The notes: generated from the letters alone by a model not told the origin. A stretch of DNA of 64,000 nt from Alphaproteobacteria bacterium (GCA_017616785.1 JAFZXK010000005.1:7906-71905); one strand, 5' to 3'. Counted from the first letter of the stretch, positions 20,819 to 32,511 are shown. A program made the numbers and translations.

Positions 20819-23411
20819 TTGAAATCCTTATCATATCATCAACAACATCGATTTTGTTTGATAGTGTTTGCCACAACATATTATGCCACGATAGTTCTGG
20901 CGCAGCCGCGTTTGTTGAAAGTCCATATATGTAAAGTTCGTCACGCGCACGTGTCATTGCAACATAAAGCAAGCGAAAGTTTTCTTCGGTTATTGCGCGC
21001 GTTGTCCGTTCCTTAATCGATTCAAATTCCGGACTATATTCTTTTGGCGCGCGCGCCGTCCATAACCACACAGGCAAATCGTCCGTATCCCTCGCGATAT
21101 TATATAAAGATACGGGGCGCGGCATTGATACAGTATCTATTAAAAACACAACGCGCGATTGCAAACCCTTGCTGCCATGCACAGTTACGATGCGAACGCC
21201 GTCACCCGCATCCATATCGCGTTTTATCTCGCTGTTACCGGTAATAAACCATTTAATAAAGTGTCGCAATGTGCCGGGGCGCGTCCGTTCATAAGACAAA
21301 CATATTGTGATAAATTCTTCCAATGGGTCAATTATATGTTCGCCCAATGCCGCAATCATTTTTTCGCGCATTTCATAGTGATTCAAAACATAACTAAAAA
21401 ATGTATAAGGGCCGGATACGGCATAAACCCGCACGAAATCCGAAAGAATATCAAATGTGTCTTTGTGTCGGGTTGCCAACAAATCGAAAACCGTTATATC
21501 GTTATTGCTTTTATTTTTTTGAACACACAGTTCATAAATATCTTTTTCCAAAAACCGAAACATCGGGCTTTTTAGCACGCAACACAAACTGTAATTATCA
21601 CGCGAGTTCATACAAAAACGCAACAAATTCATCAAATCTTTGATAACCGGAAATTCAGGCAGGACTATCCTGTCACTGCCTGCAACCGGTATTCCGCGCC
21701 GTTTAAGTGCAAGTGTCATGGGCACAACAAGTGGCGTGCGTTGTCGAACTAAAATCATAAAATCATTGGGCTTATGTTTGTCCGTTGATAAAAGTGTTGA
21801 TATTTTGTCGGCTATATTTGAAACATAGTCCCGACGAACACGTTCAGTTGCAAATTCTGAATCGCGCGATGATACCAATTTGTGTATTTCAACCATTCCC
21901 TTGGCGCCCACCCGAAAGCATTTATGCGGATTGTTTATAAACCCAGTGTCTTGCGCAACATTTTTATCGCCAAAGAACATATCGACAGTACGCAATATTG
22001 GTTCGGTCGAACGAAAACTTTGCGTAAGTGGAACTTCCTTTATTTCACGAACGTTGTTTTTAATATATTTTGATATTTCCTGCTTGCTTTTTATAAACGC
22101 ATTTGCATCGGCACCTTGGAAACCATAAATAGATTGCTTGGTATCACCAACAACAAACAACGAATGTGGCATATCCGCGGTATCGCCATCGGTAAAGAAA
22201 TCCCCGGCAAGCATTTGTAGAATTTCCCATTGTATTGGGCCGGTATCTTGTGCTTCGTCCACCAAGATATGCGACAAAGATAAATCCAGTTGCGACAAAA
22301 TCCAACCCATTGTTTCGGGATTCGAAAACAGACGATGCGTATATAGAATCAAATCTTCAAAATCAAGGACGTTTTGCGATAGTTTTAGTTCTTGATATTT
22401 TTTTGCAAACGCCGCAGATAAATCGAACAAACCCAAAGAGTCATAATATATTTTTTCGTTTATATGCCGAACATTTAATTCAAAGACCCGATTCCTTTCT
22501 TCCTGTAAATACGGTTTATCTAGACCGCTTTTTATCGGTGTGCCTTCGTTGGTTAGATACGCGTGTTTATATTGTTCAAAATCTATCGTTGAATTAATGT
22601 ATTGTTCGGTCAAAGTAATTAGGTTTTCAAGTTTTTTCCCAATCTTTTTTTCTTGTCGGGCGTTTTCGATAATTTTCTTTAATTTTTCGATTGGAATATC
22701 CGGAAAATTAGTGTTTTTGTTTGAAATTAAATTCAAATTTTTTTCAATCGTATCAATGAAATAATTCCTATATTTAATAAAATCTTTTATATTAAAAAAG
22801 TTTTTACATTGTTGTTCAAGATGCTTTAACAAATCGTCAATTTTATGTTCAGATATTGTCCCAACAAGATAGTCAAATGCATCGGCCACCCGCGTGTCAT
22901 TGTGTGATGAATTGATAAGTTTATCCAGTGCGTCGTGTAACAATACCCTTTGTGGCGCGTCCGATATCAATGACCACGACGGTGATATGCCCGCCTCGGT
23001 CGGGAAACGATGCAAGATTTCTTCACAAAAACCATGTATTGTTTTTATTTTCAGCAAATCTGGTGTATCAATATATTTGAAAAAAACCGAACGCGCATGC
23101 GCAATATCAGTATCCGTAGGATTTTGATTCTTTGAAATTCCAACCAAAAGCCCGCGCAATTCATCATCCGTTGCAATCGCCCAATCCCGCAACGCCCCAA
23201 GTATACGATCGCGCATTTCGCCCGCCGCCGCGTTGGTATAAGTAAGGCACAAAATCCCAGAGTTCGCCCCAGTATCACGAAACAAAATGCGTAGTAAACG
23301 TTCAATCAAAACGCTTGTTTTCCCGGTGCCGGCGTTCGCCTGGACCCAAACATTACGCGAAGGTTCGGCGGCAAAATCTTGTTCGGATGAAAGTGGTGCT
23401 TTTTTTCTCAT
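20805..23411 (-). CDS. addA: AddA/UvrD-type helicase (nuclease domain encoded separately)
   Basis: ANAGTGKT, LVDEAQDT, VGDTKQSIYGFQGA, TVHGSKGL, LLYVAMTRA. Confidence 0.9.
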   Translation of the reverse strand: MRKKAPLSSEQDFAAEPSRNVWVQANAGTGKTSVLIERLLRILFRDTGANSGILCLTYTNAAAGEMRDRILGALRDWAIATDDELRGLLVGISKNQNPTDTDIAHARSVFFKYIDTPDLLKIKTIHGFCEEILHRFPTEAGISPSWSLISDAPQRVLLHDALDKLINSSHNDTRVADAFDYLVGTISEHKIDDLLKHLEQQCKNFFNIKDFIKYRNYFIDTIEKNLNLISNKNTNFPDIPIEKLKKIIENARQEKKIGKKLENLITLTEQYINSTIDFEQYKHAYLTNEGTPIKSGLDKPYLQEERNRVFELNVRHINEKIYYDSLGLFDLSAAFAKKYQELKLSQNVLDFEDLILYTHRLFSNPETMGWILSQLDLSLSHILVDEAQDTGPIQWEILQMLAGDFFTDGDTADMPHSLFVVGDTKQSIYGFQGADANAFIKSKQEISKYIKNNVREIKEVPLTQSFRSTEPILRTVDMFFGDKNVAQDTGFINNPHKCFRVGAKGMVEIHKLVSSRDSEFATERVRRDYVSNIADKISTLLSTDKHKPNDFMILVRQRTPLVVPMTLALKRRGIPVAGSDRIVLPEFPVIKDLMNLLRFCMNSRDNYSLCCVLKSPMFRFLEKDIYELCVQKNKSNNDITVFDLLATRHKDTFDILSDFVRVYAVSGPYTFFSYVLNHYEMREKMIAALGEHIIDPLEEFITICLSYERTRPGTLRHFIKWFITGNSEIKRDMDAGDGVRIVTVHGSKGLQSRVVFLIDTVSMPRPVSLYNIARDTDDLPVWLWTARAPKEYSPEFESIKERTTRAITEENFRLLYVAMTRARDELYIYGLSTNAAAPELSWHNMLWQTLSNKIDVVDDMIRISNETE

Positions 23412-23499
23412 TTATGTCCTTGCTTTGTTGTTAAAATTTTATTATAAATAAGACCGAACTGCAAGGAATAATAAATTTCGTAGTATTCGGGGGAGAAAG

Positions 23500-25428
23500 A
23501 TGAGTTTAACAGATATCTGGATTATTATTGGGTCAACAATTGGTGCGTTGCTTGTCGGTGTTTTGATTGCGCTGTTTTTTATTTCGCGTCGCTCACAGCG
23601 CGTGATGCAATCTATGCTTGATATTATCACCGCGCCGGACCGGGCGCGTGTTGTTGATGCGTCGCGCGTGTTGCAAACAATTATGGCGGACGAAATGGCC
23701 AAGATATCTGCGTGTTTCGGCGAAATTCGCGACACTTTGCGCAAACAAATAGGCGTGGCGGAAAAGTTGCATAATGAACTTAGCACACGAAATGAAACAT
23801 TGGTTAATGTCGCAAATGATGCGGTTATGCGAATTTCACAAATGACCGACCGTGTTGATAATACGGTAACCGGGTTACGCGCTGTTGTTGATTCAGATGC
23901 ATGGCATGATGTTTCAAATGCCACCGATAGGTTTGCCGCAACGGTTGCTGAAACACTTGATAAAATAATCGCTACGACCAAAGATTCCGGCGATAAAATC
24001 GCGCTGATTGATGAAAAGATTGCGAACTGGACCACGGGCAGCGGCAATCTTGCCAATGAATTAAATGCCGCAATTGATAATGGCACTGAAAAATTCCAAC
24101 AAATGTCTGAACAATCCGCCGGAATAAGGGATGAAATCACAGAACTTACCAAAACCGCGGTCGAAGGTTTCGAAAATGTCAAATCGACGGCTTCGAATTA
24201 TGAAAATGTTATGAACAGTAACAATAAGATATTGAACACATATCTTACGAAACTTGAAACATTTGACCGCCAAAGCAAAAAGCAATTAACGAGTCAGATG
24301 AACACATTGACCAATACCGCGAATATTATTGGTGCCCAAGTTATGTTGACTGAATCTTCGGTTGAAAAACAACTGCGCAAACTTACCGAGATTGTCGAAA
24401 CGGTTATCAAAAGTGCAACCGAAACAGAAAGTTCTGTGCGCGGCATATCAAGCGAACTTGCCGGGCTTACGAATCATTTTGAAAACGAAATCAAAGAATT
24501 TGCAACCGATGTTGTGTCCGAACTTAAAACTGTGTCGGGGGTTGCGAACACAACACTAAAAGATACCAAAACCGCGGCGGGTGCGTTTTCTGAATCTGTA
24601 AAGTCCATGGCAACCGGCGTGCGCGAAACACTGATAGAAATGAACGCGGCGCATACGCAACTTTCGGGACAATCCGAAGGGCTTATTAAGATGTCTGTTA
24701 GCACGACCGAACAATTAAAACCGTTATCCGAACTTATTGAACGGTATTATGCCGCCCTGCCCGAACTCACCAAGATATCGGACGATGCGGGCATGCGTCT
24801 TGCCGCGATTGTTACCGAATTGAACGCAAAAATTTCGGCAATGAATGATACGGTTGCCCGTTCAACGGAATCTGTGTCGGAATCTGCAACAAAACTTGAT
24901 ACATTGGCCGGTCAGTCACGGCAACAAATGATTGATTTGATGTCTGATTATGCCAAGGCCGTTGACACCATGCAGACATTAAACAAACAAATGGCCGTTG
25001 CGCGCGCCGCCGCACCGATGGATGCGATAAAGACCGCGCCAGTTGGAAATCCGGCCCCGCGTGCCAGCAGTCGCGATTTTGTTGCGCAATCTACGCATGA
25101 ATTCGACAAGATGTATGAACAAACGGTTGATTTGACCCGGGCGATGGGGACCGATATTCCAGATGTTGTTTGGAAAAAATATCATGACGGCGACAAAACA
25201 ATCTTTGCCAAATGGATGGCAAAGGTTGTAAAGGCCGCGAACAAAAAACAAATTCGAGATTTGATGAAATCTGATTCAGTGTTCCGGTCCCAGGCCGCGC
25301 AGTTTGTGCGTGCCTTTGACCGTATACTTGCCGCCGCAAAGCAAACAGATACGGCGGACAAATTGACCGCCGCATTGATAAAAACAGATTTGGGAATAAT
25401 ATATTCCACGCTTTCGCAACAGGTCTAA
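23500..25428 (+). CDS. Membrane-anchored coiled-coil protein, TipN/GPR(RgsE)-like C-terminal domain
   Basis: N-terminal TM, long heptad region, C-terminal WKKYHDGDKTIF...FR....FVRAFDRIL...TDLGIIY. Confidence 0.65.
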   Translation: MSLTDIWIIIGSTIGALLVGVLIALFFISRRSQRVMQSMLDIITAPDRARVVDASRVLQTIMADEMAKISACFGEIRDTLRKQIGVAEKLHNELSTRNETLVNVANDAVMRISQMTDRVDNTVTGLRAVVDSDAWHDVSNATDRFAATVAETLDKIIATTKDSGDKIALIDEKIANWTTGSGNLANELNAAIDNGTEKFQQMSEQSAGIRDEITELTKTAVEGFENVKSTASNYENVMNSNNKILNTYLTKLETFDRQSKKQLTSQMNTLTNTANIIGAQVMLTESSVEKQLRKLTEIVETVIKSATETESSVRGISSELAGLTNHFENEIKEFATDVVSELKTVSGVANTTLKDTKTAAGAFSESVKSMATGVRETLIEMNAAHTQLSGQSEGLIKMSVSTTEQLKPLSELIERYYAALPELTKISDDAGMRLAAIVTELNAKISAMNDTVARSTESVSESATKLDTLAGQSRQQMIDLMSDYAKAVDTMQTLNKQMAVARAAAPMDAIKTAPVGNPAPRASSRDFVAQSTHEFDKMYEQTVDLTRAMGTDIPDVVWKKYHDGDKTIFAKWMAKVVKAANKKQIRDLMKSDSVFRSQAAQFVRAFDRILAAAKQTDTADKLTAALIKTDLGIIYSTLSQQV

Positions 25429-25439
25429 CGAGTTTTGTG

Positions 25440-27518
25440 TTAATCTTCCAAGAAACTGCGTAGTTTGCGCGCCCGCGTTGGGTGCTTTAACTTGTTCAGT
25501 GCCTTTTGTTCGATTTGTCTTATACGTTCGCGCGTAACACCGATATATTCACCAACCTCTTCCAATGTGCTGGTTTTATTTGTACTCATTCCGAAGCGTT
25601 GACGCAAAACGGTTTCTTCCTTGGGGTCCAATTCCGACAAAATTTGTGTTACAATTTTACGCAAGTTCTTTTGTGCCGCCGAAGTAAACGGATTTTTCGC
25701 CGTTTCATCCGCAATGATTTCCATACGCGAACTGTCATCTTCGGTGCCAACGGGTGCTTCCAAAGAAATTGGACGGACATTGACCTTCATGGCCTTGTGA
25801 ATCTTGTCCACCGGCAGGTAAATAATCTTGGATAATTCTTCGGCGGTTGGCTGACGACCATATTTATGCATAAATTGACGCGAAGCGCGCTGAATTTTAT
25901 GTATATTATCAATCATATGCACCGGAATACGAATTGTTCGTGCCTGGTCCGCGATACTACGCAAAATCGCCTGTTGAATCCAATTTGTGGCATATGTTGA
26001 AAATTTATTGCCCAAACGATAGTCAAATTTATCAACCGCCTTCATCAAACCAATATTGCCGTCTTGGACAAGGTCGGAGAAATCCAGTCCCAGGCCCCTG
26101 TTACTACTTTTCTTAGCAAATTTTATAACAAGACGCAGATTTGCTTCTATCATTTCGCGTTTCGCGCGTGCGGCTTCGGTTTGGCCACGACGAACAAGTT
26201 CGACAACCTTTTTATATTCGGCGGTTGGCTGGCCCGTTTCATCGGCAATCGCTGTTATTTCAGATTGAATCTTTAATATATCATCGCCATGCTTTTTCGC
26301 AAAGTTCACCCAATTTGCATTTTTATGTTTTTGCAATTTTTTAACCCAATTGCGATTTAACTCGTTTCCAACATATTCGGCCAAGAAATCTTCGCGTTTG
26401 ATTTTGTTCGCCATTGCAAGGCGCAAAAGTTTGCCTTCAAGTCCCATCAACAATTGGTCGCGCTCAGTAAGGCGGTCCATAATTTCCGCAATACGGTCGT
26501 CGTTCATGCGAATCTTGCTTACGCTTTCAAACAAAGTCAGACGCATTTTATTATACTTGGCTTCCAACGCTTCATCAGGTTTTGACGAAGTTAGCAATTT
26601 TTCCATACGCAACGCCTGCAATTTTTGCATACTGTTAAATGTGCGTTTTATCTTGGCAAACAAGTCCGTTATTACCGGCATAAGCGCTTCTTCCATCACA
26701 GGAATCGGAACCCCGGATGTGCTGCGCGGGCTATCGTCCTTCTTTATTTCTTCGTCATCTTCATCTTCGTCGTCTTCGTCCATTTCGTCGTCAACCGTTG
26801 GTTCGGTCAAATCTTCAAAATCTTCATCGGATAAATCATCAACCTGCTCTACACCCTTGGATTTTAATGTTTCCGAAAGCGCCGCAACGGATTTTTGCTC
26901 TGATTCACTTGAATACATCGCTTCCAAATTTATGATATAGCGTAAGCGGACCTCTTCGTTCTGCAACTGCTGGTACCAATCAAGCATCGCCTGAATTGTC
27001 ATGGGGCTTTCGCAAAGGCCGTATATCATTAGTCGCGATGCGGCCTCTATCCGTTGTGCGATTGCAACTTCACCAGGGGCGGTAAGTAATTGAACATTTC
27101 CGATTTGTTTCAGATATGATTGAACAGAATCTTGGACCCCAAGGACAAGCGTGCCGGTTTGGCTGCGTTCCAACTGTTTTGCATAGTGTTCGTAATCTTC
27201 ATCCGTATCGACCTGTTCGGCGTCATTGTTTAGCAAATTACGATACTTTTCCGCATTTTCATCGGAATCGTCATCATAATATCTTTCTATATCCTTTTGA
27301 TAATTGCCGGTTTCCAGCACTTCCAAACCCAAATCTTGCTTAAAGAAATCAAGGACTTCGGGGCGTTCTTCTTCGGGGATTTCGTCCGCATCGGTCGCGG
27401 CATTAAAATCCATTTGCGACAAATACCCGTGTTCCATCGAAGAAACGGCAAGTTTCTGTAGGTTTTCCGGCAATGAATCGACCAGTAACCGTGTTGCATC
27501 ATCAAGTTTTTTGGACAT
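25440..27518 (-). CDS. rpoD: RNA polymerase sigma70
   Basis: [43 protein letters not shown]. Confidence 0.97.
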   Translation of the reverse strand: MSKKLDDATRLLVDSLPENLQKLAVSSMEHGYLSQMDFNAATDADEIPEEERPEVLDFFKQDLGLEVLETGNYQKDIERYYDDDSDENAEKYRNLLNNDAEQVDTDEDYEHYAKQLERSQTGTLVLGVQDSVQSYLKQIGNVQLLTAPGEVAIAQRIEAASRLMIYGLCESPMTIQAMLDWYQQLQNEEVRLRYIINLEAMYSSESEQKSVAALSETLKSKGVEQVDDLSDEDFEDLTEPTVDDEMDEDDEDEDDEEIKKDDSPRSTSGVPIPVMEEALMPVITDLFAKIKRTFNSMQKLQALRMEKLLTSSKPDEALEAKYNKMRLTLFESVSKIRMNDDRIAEIMDRLTERDQLLMGLEGKLLRLAMANKIKREDFLAEYVGNELNRNWVKKLQKHKNANWVNFAKKHGDDILKIQSEITAIADETGQPTAEYKKVVELVRRGQTEAARAKREMIEANLRLVIKFAKKSSNRGLGLDFSDLVQDGNIGLMKAVDKFDYRLGNKFSTYATNWIQQAILRSIADQARTIRIPVHMIDNIHKIQRASRQFMHKYGRQPTAEELSKIIYLPVDKIHKAMKVNVRPISLEAPVGTEDDSSRMEIIADETAKNPFTSAAQKNLRKIVTQILSELDPKEETVLRQRFGMSTNKTSTLEEVGEYIGVTRERIRQIEQKALNKLKHPTRARKLRSFLED

Positions 27519-27538
27519 AAAAAACCCTTATGATTTTT

Positions 27539-28084
27539 TTATTTTTTCTTTTTATTTTTTGTGCTTTCTTTGGCCGCCTTGGCAATCGCATCGTGCAACG
27601 CGGATTCAGACACCAACCCAAGGACAATCGGGCTTTGAATTTGAATATCCGCATAACTTTTATGCGTTTTGTTGCGCACAGATGCAACCGTGTTATTTGT
27701 GCTGCGCATCAAACGGGCAATTTGGCCATCGGTCAATTCCGGACAATTTTTCAAAATCCATAAAATTCCACCCAGACGGTTTTGACGAAGTATCTTTGGC
27801 GTATAACCGATTCCTTTTTTATTTTGGGCATTTTGCGCACGAACAATGCTTTCCTGTAAAGTCAAACGCGCGGTCGGGTCGGATTCGCAAAGCGCGATAT
27901 CTTCGCGGGTAAGTTGCCCGTTCAAAATCGGATTCAGCCCTTGAATTTTTTGGGTTTCCGCATCGGCGATGTTTTTAACCTCTAACTCGTGCAGGCCGCA
28001 AAAATCGGCAATCTGTTCAAAGGTAAGCGCAGTGTTTTCAATCAACCACAACGCAGTGGATTTCGGCATATATGGGTAATTCAT
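27539..28084 (-). CDS. DUF1013 family (TrcR-like) protein
   Basis: PYMPKSTALWLIENTALTFEQIADFCGLHELEV. Confidence 0.85.
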   Translation of the reverse strand: MNYPYMPKSTALWLIENTALTFEQIADFCGLHELEVKNIADAETQKIQGLNPILNGQLTREDIALCESDPTARLTLQESIVRAQNAQNKKGIGYTPKILRQNRLGGILWILKNCPELTDGQIARLMRSTNNTVASVRNKTHKSYADIQIQSPIVLGLVSESALHDAIAKAAKESTKNKKKK

Positions 28085-28161
28085 AAGGTATCCTCTTGGT
28101 CTTATGTGGCTAAATATAGCACAACCCGCACCATATTCAAGCGGTTTTTTGTAAAAAATTT

Positions 28162-29580
28162 TTATTGTTTTTTCACAAGTTTAAATCCGCCGAGGATATC
28201 CATAACCGTCCAACCACACGAATCTATCTTGGCACGTAATTCATCCGCCAGTGCGAAATCACGAGATTTTTTTGCCCCCAAGCGCCGCTCGGCCAATTCC
28301 TGAATTTCTTTTGGTGCGGTTTCAGATTCCGCGTCGTGCAATTTTTGTGCACGATCACGCAGTTGCAACCCCAACAATTCATCAATAAAAACAACCAAAG
28401 CCAACTTTGTCGCGGCATTCACAGTTTTGTCTTTCAACAAATCTTGGACCACAACCAATGTTTCAGATGTTTTAAGGTTATCAGAAATCGGTGTTAAAAT
28501 TTTATCATGCCATTCATTGTATAAATTTTGGTTCACTGGTTCTTGTCCGGAATCCGCCATTAGATCGGCAATCTTTCGGACCATATTCTTGTACCCTGCC
28601 GCAGCAGCATCCAAAGATTCAAACGAAAATTCCATTGGTTGACGATAATGTCCCTGAAGCAGTAAATATCTAAACGCCATTGGGTCATAACCCTTTTCGA
28701 TAAGACCACGAACCGTAAAGAAAGAACCGGACGATTTTGCCATTTTGCCTTCGCGTAACATTAGCCATGCCCAATGCACCCAATAATGCACCCACGGCGC
28801 ACCAACAATCGGTTCAGATTGTGCGATTTCATTGGTATGATGAACCTTGATATGTTCTTGACCTCCGCTATGAATATCGAAATGGTCGCCAAGATATTTC
28901 ATACTCATTGCGCTGCATTCAAGGTGCCAACCTGGGAAACCAACACCCCATGGACTATCCCATTCCATCTGGCGTTTGACATCCGTTGGCGAAAATTTCC
29001 AAAGTGCAAAGTCCGTTATGTTCCGCTTGTTATTATTTTCTATACGTGCGCCGCCACGCAATTCCGATAAGTTTTGGCCACCCAATTTGCCGTAATCCGG
29101 CAATTTCGATGTGTCGTAATAAATTCCATCACCGGGTATTTCATATGTAAACCCAAGTTTTTCAAGTTTTTGAATAAGTTCGATTTGCTCTTTGATATGG
29201 TCTGTTGCGCGCGGCGTATAGGTCGGTGGAATAATGTTCAACAAATTCATATCATTTACGCAACTTTTGATATATTTATTGGCAACATCCCACACAGACA
29301 AATTTTCCCGTGCCGCGCCCTTTTCCATTTTATCTTCGCCGGTATCTTCATCGCTTGTCAAATGACCAACGTCTGTAAAATTCATAACATGATTTACCGT
29401 ATAACCATTTGCCAAAAACATCCGCTTCATCATATCGCTGTTGAAAAAGGTTCGCATATTTCCCAAATGTTGGTCCCAATAAACGGTTGGTCCACAGTTA
29501 TATATGCCCACATGACCGGGAACAATCGGTTCAAAATCTTCCACTTTGCGTGTCATTGTATTGTATAATCTTATTTGCAT
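28162..29580 (-). CDS. cysS: Cysteine-tRNA ligase
   Basis: YNCGPTVY, HLGN, PGWHLECSAM, KMAKS. Confidence 0.97.
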   Translation of the reverse strand: MQIRLYNTMTRKVEDFEPIVPGHVGIYNCGPTVYWDQHLGNMRTFFNSDMMKRMFLANGYTVNHVMNFTDVGHLTSDEDTGEDKMEKGAARENLSVWDVANKYIKSCVNDMNLLNIIPPTYTPRATDHIKEQIELIQKLEKLGFTYEIPGDGIYYDTSKLPDYGKLGGQNLSELRGGARIENNNKRNITDFALWKFSPTDVKRQMEWDSPWGVGFPGWHLECSAMSMKYLGDHFDIHSGGQEHIKVHHTNEIAQSEPIVGAPWVHYWVHWAWLMLREGKMAKSSGSFFTVRGLIEKGYDPMAFRYLLLQGHYRQPMEFSFESLDAAAAGYKNMVRKIADLMADSGQEPVNQNLYNEWHDKILTPISDNLKTSETLVVVQDLLKDKTVNAATKLALVVFIDELLGLQLRDRAQKLHDAESETAPKEIQELAERRLGAKKSRDFALADELRAKIDSCGWTVMDILGGFKLVKKQ

Positions 29581-29732
29581 AATGAAATCCTTTTGGTGTT
29601 AATTATAATAACAAGTAATAGAAAAATACGCAAACATTATGTTTGCCAAAACATATTTTAACAACAGCAATAAAAATTTATAAAACGAACTTTCATATCG
29701 GCATTATTTCAAATTTTATGTTTAGTGTCAAA

Positions 29733-30653
29733 CTAATTTTCCGCATCGTCGGAAAGCGGGTGGCATTTTTCATAAATGTTCATGATTTCCGCCATGTTGA
29801 CCTTGGTATAAAGTTGCGTTGTCGATAATGATGAATGCCCAAGTAATTCCTGTAAACTGCGTAAATCTGCACCGTCCGCAAGTAACGCCGTTGCAAAAGT
29901 ATGGCGCAATGCGTGCGGCGTTACATAATCGGGTAATTGCAAAAATGCACGCACCTTTTCAATAACCTTTTCTGCCATGCGCGCCGACATGGGCAATCCA
30001 CGCACACTGCGAAACAATTCGTCGGTCGGCGCATTAAAAAAAGGTCGGACCGCAATATATTTTTCAATCGCATGATGGACGGCGGGCAATACGGGGACTA
30101 TGCGTTCCTTGGACCCCTTGCCCATTATGCGCAAAGTTGTTGGTGCGCCCGCAATGTCGCTGTTTTTCAAACCCAACGCTTCGGATATACGCAATCCGCA
30201 CCCAAACAGCAATGTTACCAGCGCCCAATCGCGCGCGGCAATCCACGGTTCACCTTCGTCAATCGCCGCGATTGCGCCGTGCATATCATCAACATCAGAC
30301 GGTTCAATCGCCTTGGACAATTTCTTTGGGATTTTTGGCGAAGATATTAAATCAATCGCATCGTTTTTTATGCCGTGATATTTCGCAATATATTTGAATA
30401 GACCGCGCACCGAAGAAAGCGCGCGCGCCGTTGATTTGAACGAAAGTTCACGCCTTTGCCGGTCGGCAAGCCACGAACGAAAAGTTATCGTATCGATTTT
30501 GGCAATGTCTGATAATTCGGGCGTCGCGCCGGAAAACCGTTCAAAAAACGACATAAAATCTGCGATATCGGCCTGATACGCCACCGCCGTATGCGCCGAA
30601 TAGTTCTTGGTATTCGTCAGATATTCAATAAATTCGTCGATTGTATCCTGCAT
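29733..30653 (-). CDS. xerC: Tyrosine recombinase XerC
   Basis: CGLRISE, GKGSKER, TPHALRHTFAT, LLGHSSLSTTQLYT. Confidence 0.9.
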   Translation of the reverse strand: MQDTIDEFIEYLTNTKNYSAHTAVAYQADIADFMSFFERFSGATPELSDIAKIDTITFRSWLADRQRRELSFKSTARALSSVRGLFKYIAKYHGIKNDAIDLISSPKIPKKLSKAIEPSDVDDMHGAIAAIDEGEPWIAARDWALVTLLFGCGLRISEALGLKNSDIAGAPTTLRIMGKGSKERIVPVLPAVHHAIEKYIAVRPFFNAPTDELFRSVRGLPMSARMAEKVIEKVRAFLQLPDYVTPHALRHTFATALLADGADLRSLQELLGHSSLSTTQLYTKVNMAEIMNIYEKCHPLSDDAEN

Positions 30654-30654
30654 A

Positions 30655-31386
30655 TTATTTTATTTCGAAAACAGCCGAAACATGAACGGAAACCTCGGTA
30701 TCCTTGCCGGTTATTGCGCCGCCAACATATCCCGCGCCGGCATCCATTGCGGCCATTTCCATTTTTGCCATACGGAAATTCGCCGTTGGTGCGGTGTACG
30801 ACCCGGTTGCGCCATATGAAACCGCGAGCATTTTACCCGCCTTTTTCCCGACGCCAGCCGCAAGTCCGTTTGCGCGGTCGCGTGCATTTTCAACCGCCGC
30901 CCCAAGACATGATTCCAAAACCGGCTTCATCGTTTCGGTGGCCGTGAACATACGCAGGTTTGTTACAAAGACATCTTCGGCGCCGGCGAATTTATTCAAA
31001 ACCTTTTCGATTGTGTCAATATCACTTGCCGATACATCAAGTGCGATTGTCGTTTCAATTCCAACAAATTCAGATTTCTGTTTCGTGTGATTCCATTCGG
31101 ATTTTTCATACGAATTAAATTCACTGGTTTGAACCTTTACATCCAAAGTTTTCAAAAACGCGTTCATTTCCGCGACCTTGGACGACGCCATTTTCATAGA
31201 TTTTGCAGCACTTTTGTCCGTAACGCTTACGCGCAGGGTTATCGCCGTTCGGTCCTTTGGCACCGAAGTCAGGCATTCGCCATCAACACTTATTGTTCGC
31301 GGCGCCGCAAAGCGATCAATCGCGGTCCATCCCAACACAAGCACACATACGGCTGTAACCGCCGCCCATATAAGTTTATTATTCAT
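30655..31386 (-). CDS. SIMPL (DUF541) domain protein
   Basis: RTISVDGE, AVENARDRANGLA, EVSVHVSAVFEIK. Confidence 0.8.
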   Translation of the reverse strand: MNNKLIWAAVTAVCVLVLGWTAIDRFAAPRTISVDGECLTSVPKDRTAITLRVSVTDKSAAKSMKMASSKVAEMNAFLKTLDVKVQTSEFNSYEKSEWNHTKQKSEFVGIETTIALDVSASDIDTIEKVLNKFAGAEDVFVTNLRMFTATETMKPVLESCLGAAVENARDRANGLAAGVGKKAGKMLAVSYGATGSYTAPTANFRMAKMEMAAMDAGAGYVGGAITGKDTEVSVHVSAVFEIK

Positions 31387-31406
31387 CTTTTTCTCCTTTC
31401 GGTTTT

Positions 31407-32408
31407 TTATTTTTTCCCAAGTGTTACGCGACGGACGCGCGACAAAGTTTTTTCGGCGACCTTTCGCGCGGTTTCCGCACCGCGATTCAGTGCCGCATCC
31501 AATTTATCGGTGTGCGCCATAAGGTATTCATAGCGTTCACGCATCGGGGCCAATACAGAATCGAGTTTTTCATACAGAATTGTTTTTGCCGTACCGTATC
31601 CCATGCCGCCCGCACGAAACATTTCGGCAAACCGTTCGGTTTCCGTCGCGTCCGCAAAGTGCTGATACAATTGAAATATTGTCGATGTTTCCGGGTCCTT
31701 TGCTTCTTCGGGCGTCTTGCAATCGGTGATAATGCGCATAATTTTCTTTTTTAATTCCGCCGACCCCGCCATAAGTGGAATCACATTATCATAAGATTTG
31801 CTCATTTTCCGGCCGTCAAGCCCCGGGATAATTCCGGCATCTGGCAAAATTCTGGCATCTGGCAATTTCAAGACATCGCCATAAATCGTGTTAAAGTGTC
31901 CGGCGATATCGCGTGCGAATTCCACATGCTGTTTTTGATCCGCACCAACGGGAACAACATCCGCACCATAAAGCAATATGTCCGCCGCCATTAAAATCGG
32001 GTATGTATAAAGTCCCATGTTCACGCCAGCATCCGCGTCCGCACCCGTCGCCATGTTACGGTCAACCGCCGCTTTGTACGAATGGGCACGGTCCATTAAC
32101 CCCTTGGGCGTAACATTGGTAAGGATTGTCGACAATTCGCACACCGCCGGCACATCCGATTGCCGAAACAACAAGACATTGTCCATATTTACCCCAATCG
32201 ACATGATAATTGCGGCGATTTCGTATGTATGTTCACGAACCAATTTTGCATCATGCATAATGTTTAGTGCGTGCAAATCTGCAACAAAAACAATTGTCTT
32301 GTTCTTTTGGGAAATATCGCGAATCTGGCGCAAGGCACCGATATAGTTACCCAAATGCACCGTTCCGGTCGGCTTTATTCCCGTTAAAAATACTTTCGAT
32401 TCAGACAT
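31407..32408 (-). CDS. trpS: Tryptophan-tRNA ligase
   Basis: TGIKPTGTVHLGNY, YPILMAADIL, VPVGADQKQH, KMSKS. Confidence 0.97.
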   Translation of the reverse strand: MSESKVFLTGIKPTGTVHLGNYIGALRQIRDISQKNKTIVFVADLHALNIMHDAKLVREHTYEIAAIIMSIGVNMDNVLLFRQSDVPAVCELSTILTNVTPKGLMDRAHSYKAAVDRNMATGADADAGVNMGLYTYPILMAADILLYGADVVPVGADQKQHVEFARDIAGHFNTIYGDVLKLPDARILPDAGIIPGLDGRKMSKSYDNVIPLMAGSAELKKKIMRIITDCKTPEEAKDPETSTIFQLYQHFADATETERFAEMFRAGGMGYGTAKTILYEKLDSVLAPMRERYEYLMAHTDKLDAALNRGAETARKVAEKTLSRVRRVTLGKK

Positions 32409-32452
32409 TTTATATCCATTTGTTTTACATATTATACAATGTTATTTAGATG

Positions 32453-32495
32453 AAATCAAAAAAAATCCGCCGAACCGGCGGACTTTTGATTTTTT
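32453..32495 (-). terminator. Terminator after rpsD
   Basis: tccgcc-gaacc-ggcgga hairpin with A/T runs. Confidence 0.7.
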
Positions 32496-32511
32496 CCCAA
32501 ACATTTCCATA

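Noticed and set aside
23442-27912. Long antisense ORFs (e.g. 23442..24182, 26350..26940, 27304..27912) and similar ones across the window
   Set aside because: Shadow frames of well-supported genes on the opposite strand
29733-30653. Tyrosine recombinase as integrase of the cassettes
   Set aside because: XerC-like sequence in a housekeeping operon, and no dif-like sites at cassette junctions
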